Virus record (IMG/VR): IMGVR_UViG_3300035661_000015
Coordinates: 1 to 64,000 of that record
DNA from: a virus
Lineage: Duplodnaviria; Heunggongvirae; Uroviricota; Caudoviricetes
Length of the DNA: 64,000 nucleotides
Strand: one strand, 5' to 3'
Part shown: in pieces, positions 38,080 to 46,644 of the stretch
Layout: each line of letters begins with the position of its first letter
Position numbering within the stretch: position 1 is the stretch's first letter
Translations under genes and position numbers: made by a program
Notes under the pieces: model-generated
The model's database searches: none
What the model saw: the letters and a program-made list of their open reading frames with translations, nothing else
What the model was told of the DNA's origin: nothing

Positions 38080-38886
38080 ATGTTTAAGAAAATGTTCGGA
38101 CTTGTTTTTATTACCCTAACCCTTATTTCTCCGCTTAGGGCAGATGACGTATTAGTTATTATTGATGGTAAGTTAGCTAAAGCACAGGCCGTTGTTGATC
38201 CAAAACCAGAAATTAAGTCCACTGGTCCAATTGAACTTGGCGAATTAGTTGTACTTGCCCCAGGTCTTATTGATACAGCGAGTCAATTCGCTAAGACAGT
38301 TAAATATGATTGGGAAGTTAAAAAAGATGGGGTAATTAAAAACTCTTTTAAGGATGCCAACTCTAATTGTGTTTTTACAACTGGCCTTAAGGGCGGCACA
38401 TTTTCCGTTAAATTAAAAGCTACGGTCGGCTATCAAATCGGCACGGATACACTTTATAAAGAGTGTATGGCACTTAAGGACATTAAGGTAGATTCTCCGG
38501 AACCGACACCTACCCCAACCCCCAAGCCCGATCCAACGCCGCCCCCTCCGGCCCCAACCCCCTTTAATCCTATTACTGGACCACTACATGTAACTTTTAT
38601 TTATGATACCGCTACACCAGACCTTTCTATGGCAACTATTCATGCGAGTTCAACAATACAGGAATCTTTAGATGTTTTTGGCGGTAAGTGGCATGTATTA
38701 ACAACTCAAAGTAAGGGGCTAGTTGATTTTAATTTAAAAAGATATGTTGATACGATTGGGGCTCCCTGTATCGTTTTACAAAAAGAAGATGGTACAGTTT
38801 TAGAAAAACAATCATTTAAAGTTAAGACGGGCACAACAGAGGCCGATCTTATTCAGTTAATTAAAAATATAAAGGATGGAAAATAA
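38080..38886 (+). CDS. Secreted protein with signal peptide and Pro/Thr linker
   Basis: N-terminal hydrophobic signal; PEPTPTPTPKPDPTPPPPAPTP. Confidence 0.5.
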   Translation: MFKKMFGLVFITLTLISPLRADDVLVIIDGKLAKAQAVVDPKPEIKSTGPIELGELVVLAPGLIDTASQFAKTVKYDWEVKKDGVIKNSFKDANSNCVFTTGLKGGTFSVKLKATVGYQIGTDTLYKECMALKDIKVDSPEPTPTPTPKPDPTPPPPAPTPFNPITGPLHVTFIYDTATPDLSMATIHASSTIQESLDVFGGKWHVLTTQSKGLVDFNLKRYVDTIGAPCIVLQKEDGTVLEKQSFKVKTGTTEADLIQLIKNIKDGK

Positions 38887-39730
38887 TATGGGAGATAGAA
38901 TATACGATTATAGGATGGAAGATGGAAGTATAATGGAGGGCTACGTTTCTTCCGATGGTGTTGTTAGAATGTTGGCGTCTACTCCAAGCCCGCCCGAACT
39001 TAAGGCTACCTTTGCGTCATTCTCTTCGGCCAATCCAATTATTCCACGTTCGGAACTAAGGCCATCACGAAGACGCTTTAAAAATATGCCATTTTTTGAC
39101 CAGGGTCAGCACGGCTCCTGCGTTGGGAATTCTTCTGTCAAAGCCCTAATGAATGCCCGTGCTCGTCAGGCAATGGAGTACCTACTTCTTTCCCCATGTT
39201 ATGTCTATGGACAAATTAATGGTGGTAGAGATAATGGGGCAAATATTTCCGATGCAATGACAACCCTCTTAAATAAGGGGACGTGTCTTGAAACCATAGT
39301 TCCACAGGGTCAAATTTACAAAAGTAGAAATCCACCCGAAGCTGACGCTAACGCCCTTCTACATAGGGCCGAAGAGTGCTATAATCTAGAAAATTGGGAC
39401 GAAATTCTTTCAGCTTACGCCCTAGGTTGGGATATCTGTCTATCAGTACGTGTTGGTGGCAATTTTAATAGTTTGGATAAAAATGGTTGCCCTCCCGTAT
39501 CAAGAGGGATGGGAAATCACGCCGTTTATTTTGGTAATGAATTAAAAATTACCTCGGATGGTAGACTTGCACTCGGCGGCGATAATTCATGGGGAACTAA
39601 CTGGGGCTTGCACGGCGAGTTGTTTATTTACGAGGAACATATTGCCGAACAGGAATACTTTGACGCCTTTGCTATCAAATCTGCCATTTGGACCCCTGGC
39701 GACAAAAACGCCCCGCCAATCGCAAAATAA
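38876..39730 (+). CDS. Papain-like (C1 family) cysteine peptidase
   Basis: QGQHGSCVGNS (Cys motif), GNHAVYF (His), NSWGTNWG (Asn-Trp). Confidence 0.65.
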   Translation: MENNMGDRIYDYRMEDGSIMEGYVSSDGVVRMLASTPSPPELKATFASFSSANPIIPRSELRPSRRRFKNMPFFDQGQHGSCVGNSSVKALMNARARQAMEYLLLSPCYVYGQINGGRDNGANISDAMTTLLNKGTCLETIVPQGQIYKSRNPPEADANALLHRAEECYNLENWDEILSAYALGWDICLSVRVGGNFNSLDKNGCPPVSRGMGNHAVYFGNELKITSDGRLALGGDNSWGTNWGLHGELFIYEEHIAEQEYFDAFAIKSAIWTPGDKNAPPIAK

Positions 39731-39731
39731 C

Positions 39732-39759
39732 TTGACATAGAAGAGAGTTATGGTATAAT
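39732..39759 (+). promoter_or_regulatory. Sigma70-like promoter (TTGACA-16-TATAAT)
   Basis: Hexamers. Confidence 0.5.
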
Positions 39760-39971
39760 AGAGACCAGCTACAGAGATGTAGTTGGTCTTTTTTCTTTTT
39801 TATAAGTGGATAAAAATGCGTTTTATAAAGGTTATAAATAAGGTTCATGTTGACATATACCAAAAGGGGAATATCCTCCCAAAGAATGGTTTGTAAAAGA
39901 ACTTGAGTCACTAAAAGAAACTCTTGATTATGTAACAAATAAAATTAAAGAATACGAACCTTTTGTATAAG

Positions 39972-39997
39972 TAAGCGGAGAAATATATGAGGTGGGC
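39972..39997 (+). repeat. Dispersed motif, forward copy supplying SD+ATG of the ORF at 39987
   Basis: TAAGCGGAGAAATATATGAGGTGGGC. Confidence 0.8.
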
Positions 39998-40256
39998 AAA
40001 AATTACCTTTTTCGATCATTATAATGAAAAGCATGTTGATTATGAAATCTGTAAAACAGAGCAAGAGTTTTTAGATATTTATAATTCTTATAATACTCTT
40101 GATGGCGATTCAGTAATTATGCTTGACGAGGGCGAATTGCCGCCACAGGATTGGATTATAGGTCAAATAGATTTTGGTAATTCTTTAGTAAAAAGTGGTA
40201 GGGCGATTATAGAATTATACACACCGCTTTTGGGAGATAAAAATGTCTGTAAATAA
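39987..40256 (+). CDS. Hypothetical protein (start supplied by the forward motif)
   Basis: ORF track. Confidence 0.4.
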   Translation: MRWAKITFFDHYNEKHVDYEICKTEQEFLDIYNSYNTLDGDSVIMLDEGELPPQDWIIGQIDFGNSLVKSGRAIIELYTPLLGDKNVCK

Positions 40257-40905
40257 ATGGCCCAACTACCCCGATGACGCACACATTAGGGCTTTAGAAA
40301 ATTCACACGTTGGTTTTTATTCATATAGTACTAGAAACCCTGTTCTACCCACTCCTAATATATTTAAAAAAACTGATGATCAGGAGGTTAGTCGGGATAA
40401 ATTTATAGAATCTGTAACCACTAAACCCCACTGTCTTGTCGGCACCGCCGCCATGATTCGCCATAAAAACCACTTTTTAGTTGGTATCCGTAAGGGGTCT
40501 CATTGTCCCGGCATTTGGGCTTTTCCTGGTGGTCACGTCGAATTAGAAGACGAGTCCCTTAGGGCCGCCACCGAACGCGAAGTCGCCGAAGAAGTTTTGG
40601 ATTATAGGACGGGCCAAGGTCTTAAGATTTTCACCTATGATTTTCGACTCGGAAGCCCCCAAGCTTTTTTAGTTCATAAAAAAGTTAATAATAATACAAA
40701 GTCCTATGTGACGATGTATATGGAATGCGAGCTAGATACTTGGGATAAAATTGATTTGGATCGGCCCCTACTTTCTCCGCTTAATGAACGTCATAAATGC
40801 GAACAGTGGGAGTGGAAAACCCTTGACAAGTTGCACGAAATAGAGTATAATAATAAAGAGTCGTGGATTCCATTGGATCTTATGAGGGAGTATTATGGTT
40901 TATGA
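40243..40905 (+). CDS. Nudix hydrolase
   Basis: Nudix box GGHVELEDESLRAATEREVAEEV. Confidence 0.75.
   Translation: MSVNKWPNYPDDAHIRALENSHVGFYSYSTRNPVLPTPNIFKKTDDQEVSRDKFIESVTTKPHCLVGTAAMIRHKNHFLVGIRKGSHCPGIWAFPGGHVELEDESLRAATEREVAEEVLDYRTGQGLKIFTYDFRLGSPQAFLVHKKVNNNTKSYVTMYMECELDTWDKIDLDRPLLSPLNERHKCEQWEWKTLDKLHEIEYNNKESWIPLDLMREYYGL
40762..40783 (-). repeat. Dispersed motif, reverse copy (in the Nudix CDS)
   Basis: CGGCCCCTACTTTCTCCGCTTA. Confidence 0.8.
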
Positions 40906-41023
40906 AATACATAGTTAACTCGGATAACAATATAGTTTTTGGTCCAGAATATACGGATGAAGAATTAGGGCTTCTTTTTAATAAATATGAAGAAATTTCT
41001 AATGGTGAATTTAAGTTAGTTGA

Positions 41024-41362
41024 TTGTGGACCGTTGATTTCACCAGAAGATTTAGGTATGATTATTCGTTACTTAATTACAGAATTAAGAAATCAAAGGG
41101 GTGGGTGCTCGTGGCTCTAGATGAACGCGATAAAAGCGTATTAAAAATGTATGCTAACCAAAAGTGCAAAACCTGCTACGGTAGAGGTTATGCAAACTAT
41201 TCGACCAAGGTTGATGGAATTTTAATGGGGCAGGACAAGCCCTGTCACGGATGCTTGGGGCCTGGAATTTTAAGTGCCTTAGCATTTAGTAAAGATGAAA
41301 GTGAACGTAGAAAGATGTTGGACGACTTAATATTTGAAGAAGTTTTAGGAGTCACAGTATGA
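41024..41362 (+). CDS. Hypothetical protein
   Basis: ORF track. Confidence 0.35.
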   Translation: MWTVDFTRRFRYDYSLLNYRIKKSKGWVLVALDERDKSVLKMYANQKCKTCYGRGYANYSTKVDGILMGQDKPCHGCLGPGILSALAFSKDESERRKMLDDLIFEEVLGVTV

Positions 41363-41604
41363 AGCTCGAACCCGGTGATGTTGTTAATGTAACACAAAAG
41401 TTTTGCTATGAAGATACAACCTATATAGTTGAACGTATTATTGAGTCTGTTTCTAAAGATGGTAAATATGAATTTTTAGATACAAACTCTCAAGACCTTG
41501 ATCCTAATATTATCGATATTATAAAAGTTGATTATGTTAGGTCAATTTCTAAAGAAGATATGTATGGGGCAAAAATGAAATTTGAATTGGGCGACGCTAT
41601 ATGA
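41359..41604 (+). CDS. Hypothetical protein
   Basis: ORF track. Confidence 0.35.
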   Translation: MKLEPGDVVNVTQKFCYEDTTYIVERIIESVSKDGKYEFLDTNSQDLDPNIIDIIKVDYVRSISKEDMYGAKMKFELGDAI

Positions 41605-41875
41605 AAATCTTAAGAGTGAAAATTTTAGGAAAGGACCAAATTGGTTTTCTTGGGAAAAAGAATATCTTTTAACAAAGTTAAATAACAAGGATTATTGTAA
41701 AGAAATTAATGAAGATCCTAGAAATCAAGGGTGGAGCAGATCAATTGGGATTGTTAGAAAAATTAGATAAGATTTATAATATTTAAACGGAGCTAAGAAA
41801 ATTAAAACTTTAGTCGATTTTACACAGAACGATATTAATAGCCTATCAGAATCCCAGGTTAAAGCATTAAAAAAA

Positions 41876-42223
41876 ATGTTGGATGGGCATGAGCCAACTA
41901 TAAGTAATAATAAAAAGAAATCTAAGGAAAAATATGACAAATACGTAAAAGAAGTAGAGGAAAAACTTTTATTATCAGATTGTGTAGAATTTAATGTATC
42001 ACTTACATTTGTTCCTTTTTTGATTAAAGGTAAGGGTTACGAAGATCAGGTAGACGCAAAATTAGAAGTAAATGTTACGGGCTGTTCAAAGGAGATCAAT
42101 GATAAACTGGTTTATATATTTACCTACACTGACGCAGATCAAATTTTTACTAAAGCCTTTAAGAAGTTAGATGTTATTAATAATAGACTTCAAAAACTAT
42201 GGGTAAATTGTCTTTATACTTAA
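41876..42223 (+). CDS. Hypothetical protein
   Basis: ORF track. Confidence 0.35.
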   Translation: MLDGHEPTISNNKKKSKEKYDKYVKEVEEKLLLSDCVEFNVSLTFVPFLIKGKGYEDQVDAKLEVNVTGCSKEINDKLVYIFTYTDADQIFTKAFKKLDVINNRLQKLWVNCLYT

Positions 42224-42377
42224 TCAGATAGCGTCACCTGTTGTTATAGAATACGGTTTCACTTAAATAATTACGCGACCCTAGAAGAATTATTTTGTTT
42301 GCCGGGATACGATATGAAAAAGTTTCCAAGAGGGTACAAGATATTAAAAGTTTTTCAAATTGAAAGGCTAGACCTCT

Positions 42378-42923
42378 ATGATTAAATTCGAGCCCTCCAA
42401 AGATCCCCATTGGTATAATAGTATTTTTAATGGCGAACACAAATTCCGCGAAACACCCTCGTTTCCCGAATTTTTTATGGGGCTTGCTTGGGCAGTTAAA
42501 GAAAAAAGTCCCGACTATGAAACCCAGCACGGATGCGTACTTGTCGATAAGTTTTGGCGAGTAATTTCAATCGGCTATAACGGATTTGTTCCTGGGATTG
42601 AAGATAATAAAGTCCCAAACACTCGACCCGAAAAATATAAATTTGTCGCCGGTAATCATGCCGACACAAATGCTATTCATAACGCTTCTATTGACTTACG
42701 TAACAGAGATGGTGTAAAATGTTTTCTAACTGGTTTTCCTTGCCTGCCCTGTTTTTCAGCCTTACTGACGGTTGGTATCAAAGAATTCTACATCTTAAAC
42801 AGGCCGGGTACACAAATGGAGGATAATTTAGATAGGGCGATTCGAGATTATTATATTCAAAAAAAGAATGTTGATTTTTATATTATGAATATGGATGAAA
42901 TAGAGTGGATAAAGGGACTATGA
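42378..42923 (+). CDS. dCMP deaminase-family protein (zinc motif HAD.NAI ... PCLPC; catalytic Glu replaced by Asp)
   Basis: HGCVLVD...GYNGFVPG...HADTNAI...GFPCLPC. Confidence 0.7.
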   Translation: MIKFEPSKDPHWYNSIFNGEHKFRETPSFPEFFMGLAWAVKEKSPDYETQHGCVLVDKFWRVISIGYNGFVPGIEDNKVPNTRPEKYKFVAGNHADTNAIHNASIDLRNRDGVKCFLTGFPCLPCFSALLTVGIKEFYILNRPGTQMEDNLDRAIRDYYIQKKNVDFYIMNMDEIEWIKGL

Positions 42924-42941
42924 ATATTTTTATAAACAGGG

Positions 42942-43379
42942 GTGTTAACGATGAAGATTGTTGAGGATATTGGGTTTTATAAAATTGAAAATCCGATCGT
43001 CTGGATGACTTTGGACGAATTAAAAGAGTTAGCGGAGAAAGTAAATGGGGTGATTGGGCGAGTTGAGACAATGACTAAGCCCGATTTAAAAAAAGTTATT
43101 AGGGCGGCCCTTGTTCTAAAAAACACTATAAACCAATCTTTTTCCATTACAGATCTTATGTTTGGAAATTATGATGATCTCTATGATTTTGTTATCCGGT
43201 ATAAGCACAGCAAAGAAGTTGTTTATATTAGGGTTTCGGGGGAAGTTCATGGTAGTGGTCCAAGGATTACGCAGACCTATTATGAAAATGATCAAAAACC
43301 CCCGCCGCCCCCTCAATTTGTAAATCAGATTCTTAATAAATTTTCCGAACTTTACGATGCATGGAATGTGTATTTATAG
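42942..43379 (+). CDS. Hypothetical protein lying between a forward/reverse motif pair
   Basis: ORF track. Confidence 0.4.
   Translation: MLTMKIVEDIGFYKIENPIVWMTLDELKELAEKVNGVIGRVETMTKPDLKKVIRAALVLKNTINQSFSITDLMFGNYDDLYDFVIRYKHSKEVVYIRVSGEVHGSGPRITQTYYENDQKPPPPPQFVNQILNKFSELYDAWNVYL
43029..43060 (+). repeat. Dispersed motif, forward copy (in CDS)
   Basis: TTAGCGGAGAAAGTAAATGGGGTGATTGGGCG. Confidence 0.8.
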
Positions 43380-43405
43380 GGCCCCCTATTTACTTTCTCC
43401 GCTTA
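43379..43405 (-). repeat. Dispersed motif, reverse copy immediately after the stop codon, followed by a GGGGCTTTGCCCC hairpin
   Basis: GGCCCCCTATTTACTTTCTCCGCTTA; spacer GTAAAT identical to the partner forward copy. Confidence 0.8.
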
Positions 43406-43460
43406 CTGGGGCTTTGCCCCAGATCCCAATACGGACTTTACTTAAAATCGAATATGGGGC

Positions 43461-43488
43461 TTGACAAATAGGCATATTCTGGTACAAT
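43461..43488 (+). promoter_or_regulatory. Sigma70-like promoter (TTGACA-16-TACAAT)
   Basis: Hexamers. Confidence 0.5.
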
Positions 43489-43683
43489 AGAGATGTTGTT
43501 GGACGCTGATTGCACCTTTTGAAAGTGTTATCCGAAAATTAAAAAAGTAAGCTCTTTTTAAGAAGTAGGGTCGCCAAGGTATACTTTGCGGGCTACCAAA
43601 GGCGTTGGGGCGAAACTGCTAGTTTCCAACAACTTTTCTTATATAGTTGTTTTTATTTTTCTATTTTTGGAGTCTATGATTTT

Positions 43684-44430
43684 ATGAAGAAGTTTATTTT
43701 GAGCCTTTTGCTAGTCGTTGGTTTTGCTTCGGTTTCCAGTGCCCAATTTTTAAATACCCCTCCCGCTTCGCCCGATAATTCGGTAGTTGTTGTAAACCAA
43801 ACACTTGTGATCCTTCAAAATCCTGGTCCGGGTGCCCCTTCCTTAGAAGATTTAAGCCCTAATCAGATAGCTACTTGGCCTCCAATCTCACAAGCTTCGA
43901 CTCAACCTATTGTTATTTCGGGCTTTTGTCAAATGTCGCCGGACCTTACTAATCAAATTTGGAGTGGTAGAGTTGTCTTTTATCAGAATAATGTGGAATG
44001 GGTTTCAAAGCCGATTTACTTTAATTCACTTGGAAATAAGCTAATAGGAGGTGGTGGTCATGTTTATCCTCCTGCACCAGCCATTATTACTTATGTAGAC
44101 CCACTATGCTCAACTCAGCCCTTGGGGTTAATTTTTAATAGTCCTAGTGGTTCGGTAGTTTCTTGGAGCACACTAGATGTTTCTTCACCGATTGTTCCGG
44201 GGGTTGTTAGAAATGGTGTATTTAGCATCGCTATTCCTGGTCCAGCTTCGGTAACTCTTAGAGTAGATGTTCAGGTTTTTGATTTTTATGGACGTAGATT
44301 AGGTCACAGTATGATATCGGGCAGTGGAACTAATTCTGGTACATTTATAAGTCCTATAGATTCTACCGTACTTGGTGCGGGGCCTTTTCTAATCTATTCC
44401 GGTGCCGCCATCACCTTAACTTCTAATTAA
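43684..44430 (+). CDS. Secreted protein with signal peptide
   Basis: MKKFILSLLLVVGFASVSSAQ. Confidence 0.5.
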   Translation: MKKFILSLLLVVGFASVSSAQFLNTPPASPDNSVVVVNQTLVILQNPGPGAPSLEDLSPNQIATWPPISQASTQPIVISGFCQMSPDLTNQIWSGRVVFYQNNVEWVSKPIYFNSLGNKLIGGGGHVYPPAPAIITYVDPLCSTQPLGLIFNSPSGSVVSWSTLDVSSPIVPGVVRNGVFSIAIPGPASVTLRVDVQVFDFYGRRLGHSMISGSGTNSGTFISPIDSTVLGAGPFLIYSGAAITLTSN

Positions 44431-44463
44431 AAATAAGGGCGGAATTAAAAAGCCGCCTACTTC

Positions 44464-44535
44464 GGCCCATTCGTATAGTGGCTAAGACGACCGCTTTTCA
44501 GGTGGTAGAAAACGGATCGAAACCGTTATGGGCTA
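44464..44535 (+). tRNA. tRNA-Glu (anticodon TTC)
   Basis: Cloverleaf by eye: acceptor, D-arm, ACCGC-TTTTCAG-GTGGT, T-arm AACGG-ATCGAAA-CCGTT. Confidence 0.65.
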
Positions 44536-44692
44536 TCTTTAGTTATTGTCGCTTACATGGATAGTTTAGGCAATGAATAAAGAACGGTAAATTAAACATG
44601 ATGTTGCTGGACGGGAACATTGTATCTAAAATTTAATTTACTTACCCCGTCCATTAACTTTCTTGTCGGTGGTTCGATTCCCTCACTTATCT

Positions 44693-44767
44693 TCGGGGAG
44701 TGACGGTGTTGGTACTGTCAAAAGCCTTTGAAACTTTTTGACCTTGGTTCGATTCCAAGTCCCCGAA
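44693..44767 (+). tRNA. tRNA-Gln (anticodon TTG)
   Basis: Acceptor TCGGGGA/TCCCCGA; D-arm; loop CTTTGAA; T-arm CTTGG-TTCGATT-CCAAG. Confidence 0.65.
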
Positions 44768-44771
44768 CTTT

Positions 44772-44843
44772 GCCTGAGTAGCTTAATGGTAAAGCACCCG
44801 ATCTGTAATCGGGCAACTCGGAGTTCAAATCTCTGCTTAGGCT
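44772..44843 (+). tRNA. tRNA with anticodon loop TCTGTAA (apparent TGT, Thr; C at position 33)
   Basis: Acceptor GCCTGAG/CTTAGGC; D-arm GCTT/AAGC; CCCGA/TCGGG; T-arm. Confidence 0.55.
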
Positions 44844-44850
44844 CTTTAAT

Positions 44851-44921
44851 GCGTCAGTGATGTAGTGGTTGCATGAGACTCTTCCAAAGTCTATGAAAGA
44901 ATTCGATTTTCTTCTGACGTA
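44851..44921 (+). tRNA. tRNA-Gly (anticodon TCC)
   Basis: Acceptor GCGTCAG/CTGACGT; AGACT-CTTCCAA-AGTCT; T-arm AAGAA-TTCGATT-TTCTT. Confidence 0.65.
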
Positions 44922-45018
44922 CTAGCTGGACCATACCTAGTCTTTTTGTGATGAAAATAATGAAAAGTATCGTCCGTCTGGTGCTTAAAGGAATTTTTAT
45001 TAAAGGGAGCGTAGTTCT

Positions 45019-45687
45019 ATGATTAAATACATTGCCTTTGATCTTTTTGGAACTGTTTTTGACTGGCGTGGAACTATATTTTCTCACGGCAAGGCCCTAT
45101 ACCCTTATATTGATTGGTATGACTTTGCTGCAAAATGGAAAGATGGCTATACCTCATCCTCAGATTGGTTAAGATTAGACAATAAGATGGAAACGAGGTT
45201 TTGGAACTTAATAAGTAATCGTGAATTTTATAAATTAACAGATTTAAATAACTATGATCTTGAGCTATTATCTAAAACTTGGTCGAAGTTAATAATGTGG
45301 GATGACGCATATCGTGGATTAATTAAAATTGTGTGTGATCCTAGATATCAAACAGTCGCCCTAAGTAACGCTAATAAGGAAATGCAAGTAACACTTGATC
45401 GTTATAATCTTTTTAATTATCATATCCATCCCGACCATATTAAAAAATATAAACCCGACCCCCTTGTCTATCAAAACGCTCTAAACATTCTTAATTGTGA
45501 CCCCCAAGAAATCTTAATGGTCGCCTCTCATATATTTGACCTAAATGCAGCTAAGAAGGTTGGATTTAAAACCTGTTTAATCACCAGGGAATTAGAGCCC
45601 GGTTGTGATCCTAAAGACCTCGACCATGCCGTTGACTATATTTTTAATTCAATCGAACATTTAGCGGAGAAAGTTAGGGCGTTATGA
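45019..45687 (+). CDS. HAD-superfamily hydrolase
   Basis: Motif I FDLFGTVFD. Confidence 0.65.
   Translation: MIKYIAFDLFGTVFDWRGTIFSHGKALYPYIDWYDFAAKWKDGYTSSSDWLRLDNKMETRFWNLISNREFYKLTDLNNYDLELLSKTWSKLIMWDDAYRGLIKIVCDPRYQTVALSNANKEMQVTLDRYNLFNYHIHPDHIKKYKPDPLVYQNALNILNCDPQEILMVASHIFDLNAAKKVGFKTCLITRELEPGCDPKDLDHAVDYIFNSIEHLAEKVRAL
45661..45681 (+). repeat. Dispersed motif, forward copy (C-terminus of the HAD CDS)
   Basis: TTAGCGGAGAAAGTTAGGGCG. Confidence 0.8.
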
Positions 45688-45698
45688 ATTAAAAAAAA

Positions 45699-46337
45699 GT
45701 GGGTAAGTATGGGTGTCGGATACAATTATTTAACGACAACCCATATTTGATGGTAGTGATATTATTAGAGAAATCCCAGACCGATATAAAAGACCCCAAA
45801 GTGATCAAGATTAATTCCATCTTTGTCAGTCAAAATCGCCTACGAGATCTAAAACAAGTCGAAAGTATAAGAAGGTTCGCCGCCGCTGGCGAATTTTTTA
45901 ATTTACAATTCATGGGGGCGTGGTGTGAGAAAAATGGCCACAGATCGCCCCAACTAATCCAGATTACATCATTTCCAAACGCCCTTATGATTCACGATGG
46001 CCACCATCGTTGTGCTGGGATTCTTATGTCTTGTCGGGATTATTTGAGAGACGACGAATATAAAATTACGAAGATGACGCCCGAAGACTATTTGGAAATG
46101 GCCCCACAAAAGGGGTGGTTTACGCCCTTTGATCCGTTTTCAGAGGCCCGCACTCCTAATTTCTCCGCTCATAAGTGCGAAGCACTTTCTATTATGGAGA
46201 GAGAGGGCGAACTAGCGGCGATTGATTATATATTAAATAATAAACATAATTATATAGAAAGAAGGAAAATATGGTCGGTTGGTCAGTTGGTTTATGAAAC
46301 ACGATTATCGAACCCAGAACAACGAGGTTTTGTTTAA
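45699..46337 (+). CDS. ParB/Srx-like nuclease-domain protein (DGHHR motif)
   Basis: IHDGHHRCAG. Confidence 0.45.
   Translation: MGKYGCRIQLFNDNPYLMVVILLEKSQTDIKDPKVIKINSIFVSQNRLRDLKQVESIRRFAAAGEFFNLQFMGAWCEKNGHRSPQLIQITSFPNALMIHDGHHRCAGILMSCRDYLRDDEYKITKMTPEDYLEMAPQKGWFTPFDPFSEARTPNFSAHKCEALSIMEREGELAAIDYILNNKHNYIERRKIWSVGQLVYETRLSNPEQRGFV
46146..46171 (-). repeat. Dispersed motif, reverse copy (in CDS)
   Basis: GCCCGCACTCCTAATTTCTCCGCTCA. Confidence 0.7.
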
Positions 46338-46644
46338 CATCTTGTATAAAGGGGTTCAACATACAGTGGTAGTTGACTTAGATGATTTTGACAAAGTATC
46401 TAAATATAAATGGCACTTGAATAAGCATAATAAAAAAGATGGGAGTGAGTTGAGGGTTCAAACAAATCTCCCAAGATCACAGGGAAAGCGTCCTAAGCTT
46501 AGGCTACATATTTTAATTGCGGGTAAGCCAAAGGAAGGAAACGTAGTTGACCACATAGATAGAAATCCACGTAATTGTAAAAAAGAAAATCTTCGTCACG
46601 TGAGCGTGGCGGAAAATAACCGCAATAGAGGCAAAAGAGAATGA
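46279..46644 (+). CDS. HNH homing endonuclease
   Basis: VVDHIDRNPRNCKKENLRHVSVAENN. Confidence 0.65.
   Translation: MVSWFMKHDYRTQNNEVLFNILYKGVQHTVVVDLDDFDKVSKYKWHLNKHNKKDGSELRVQTNLPRSQGKRPKLRLHILIAGKPKEGNVVDHIDRNPRNCKKENLRHVSVAENNRNRGKRE

Noticed and set aside
44609-44690. A possible extra tRNA (unit J) between tRNA-Glu and tRNA-Gln
   Set aside because: A T-loop GGTTCGATTCC and an 8-bp hairpin (TGGACGGG/CCCGTCCA) are present, but no acceptor pairing could be found. It is left uncalled.
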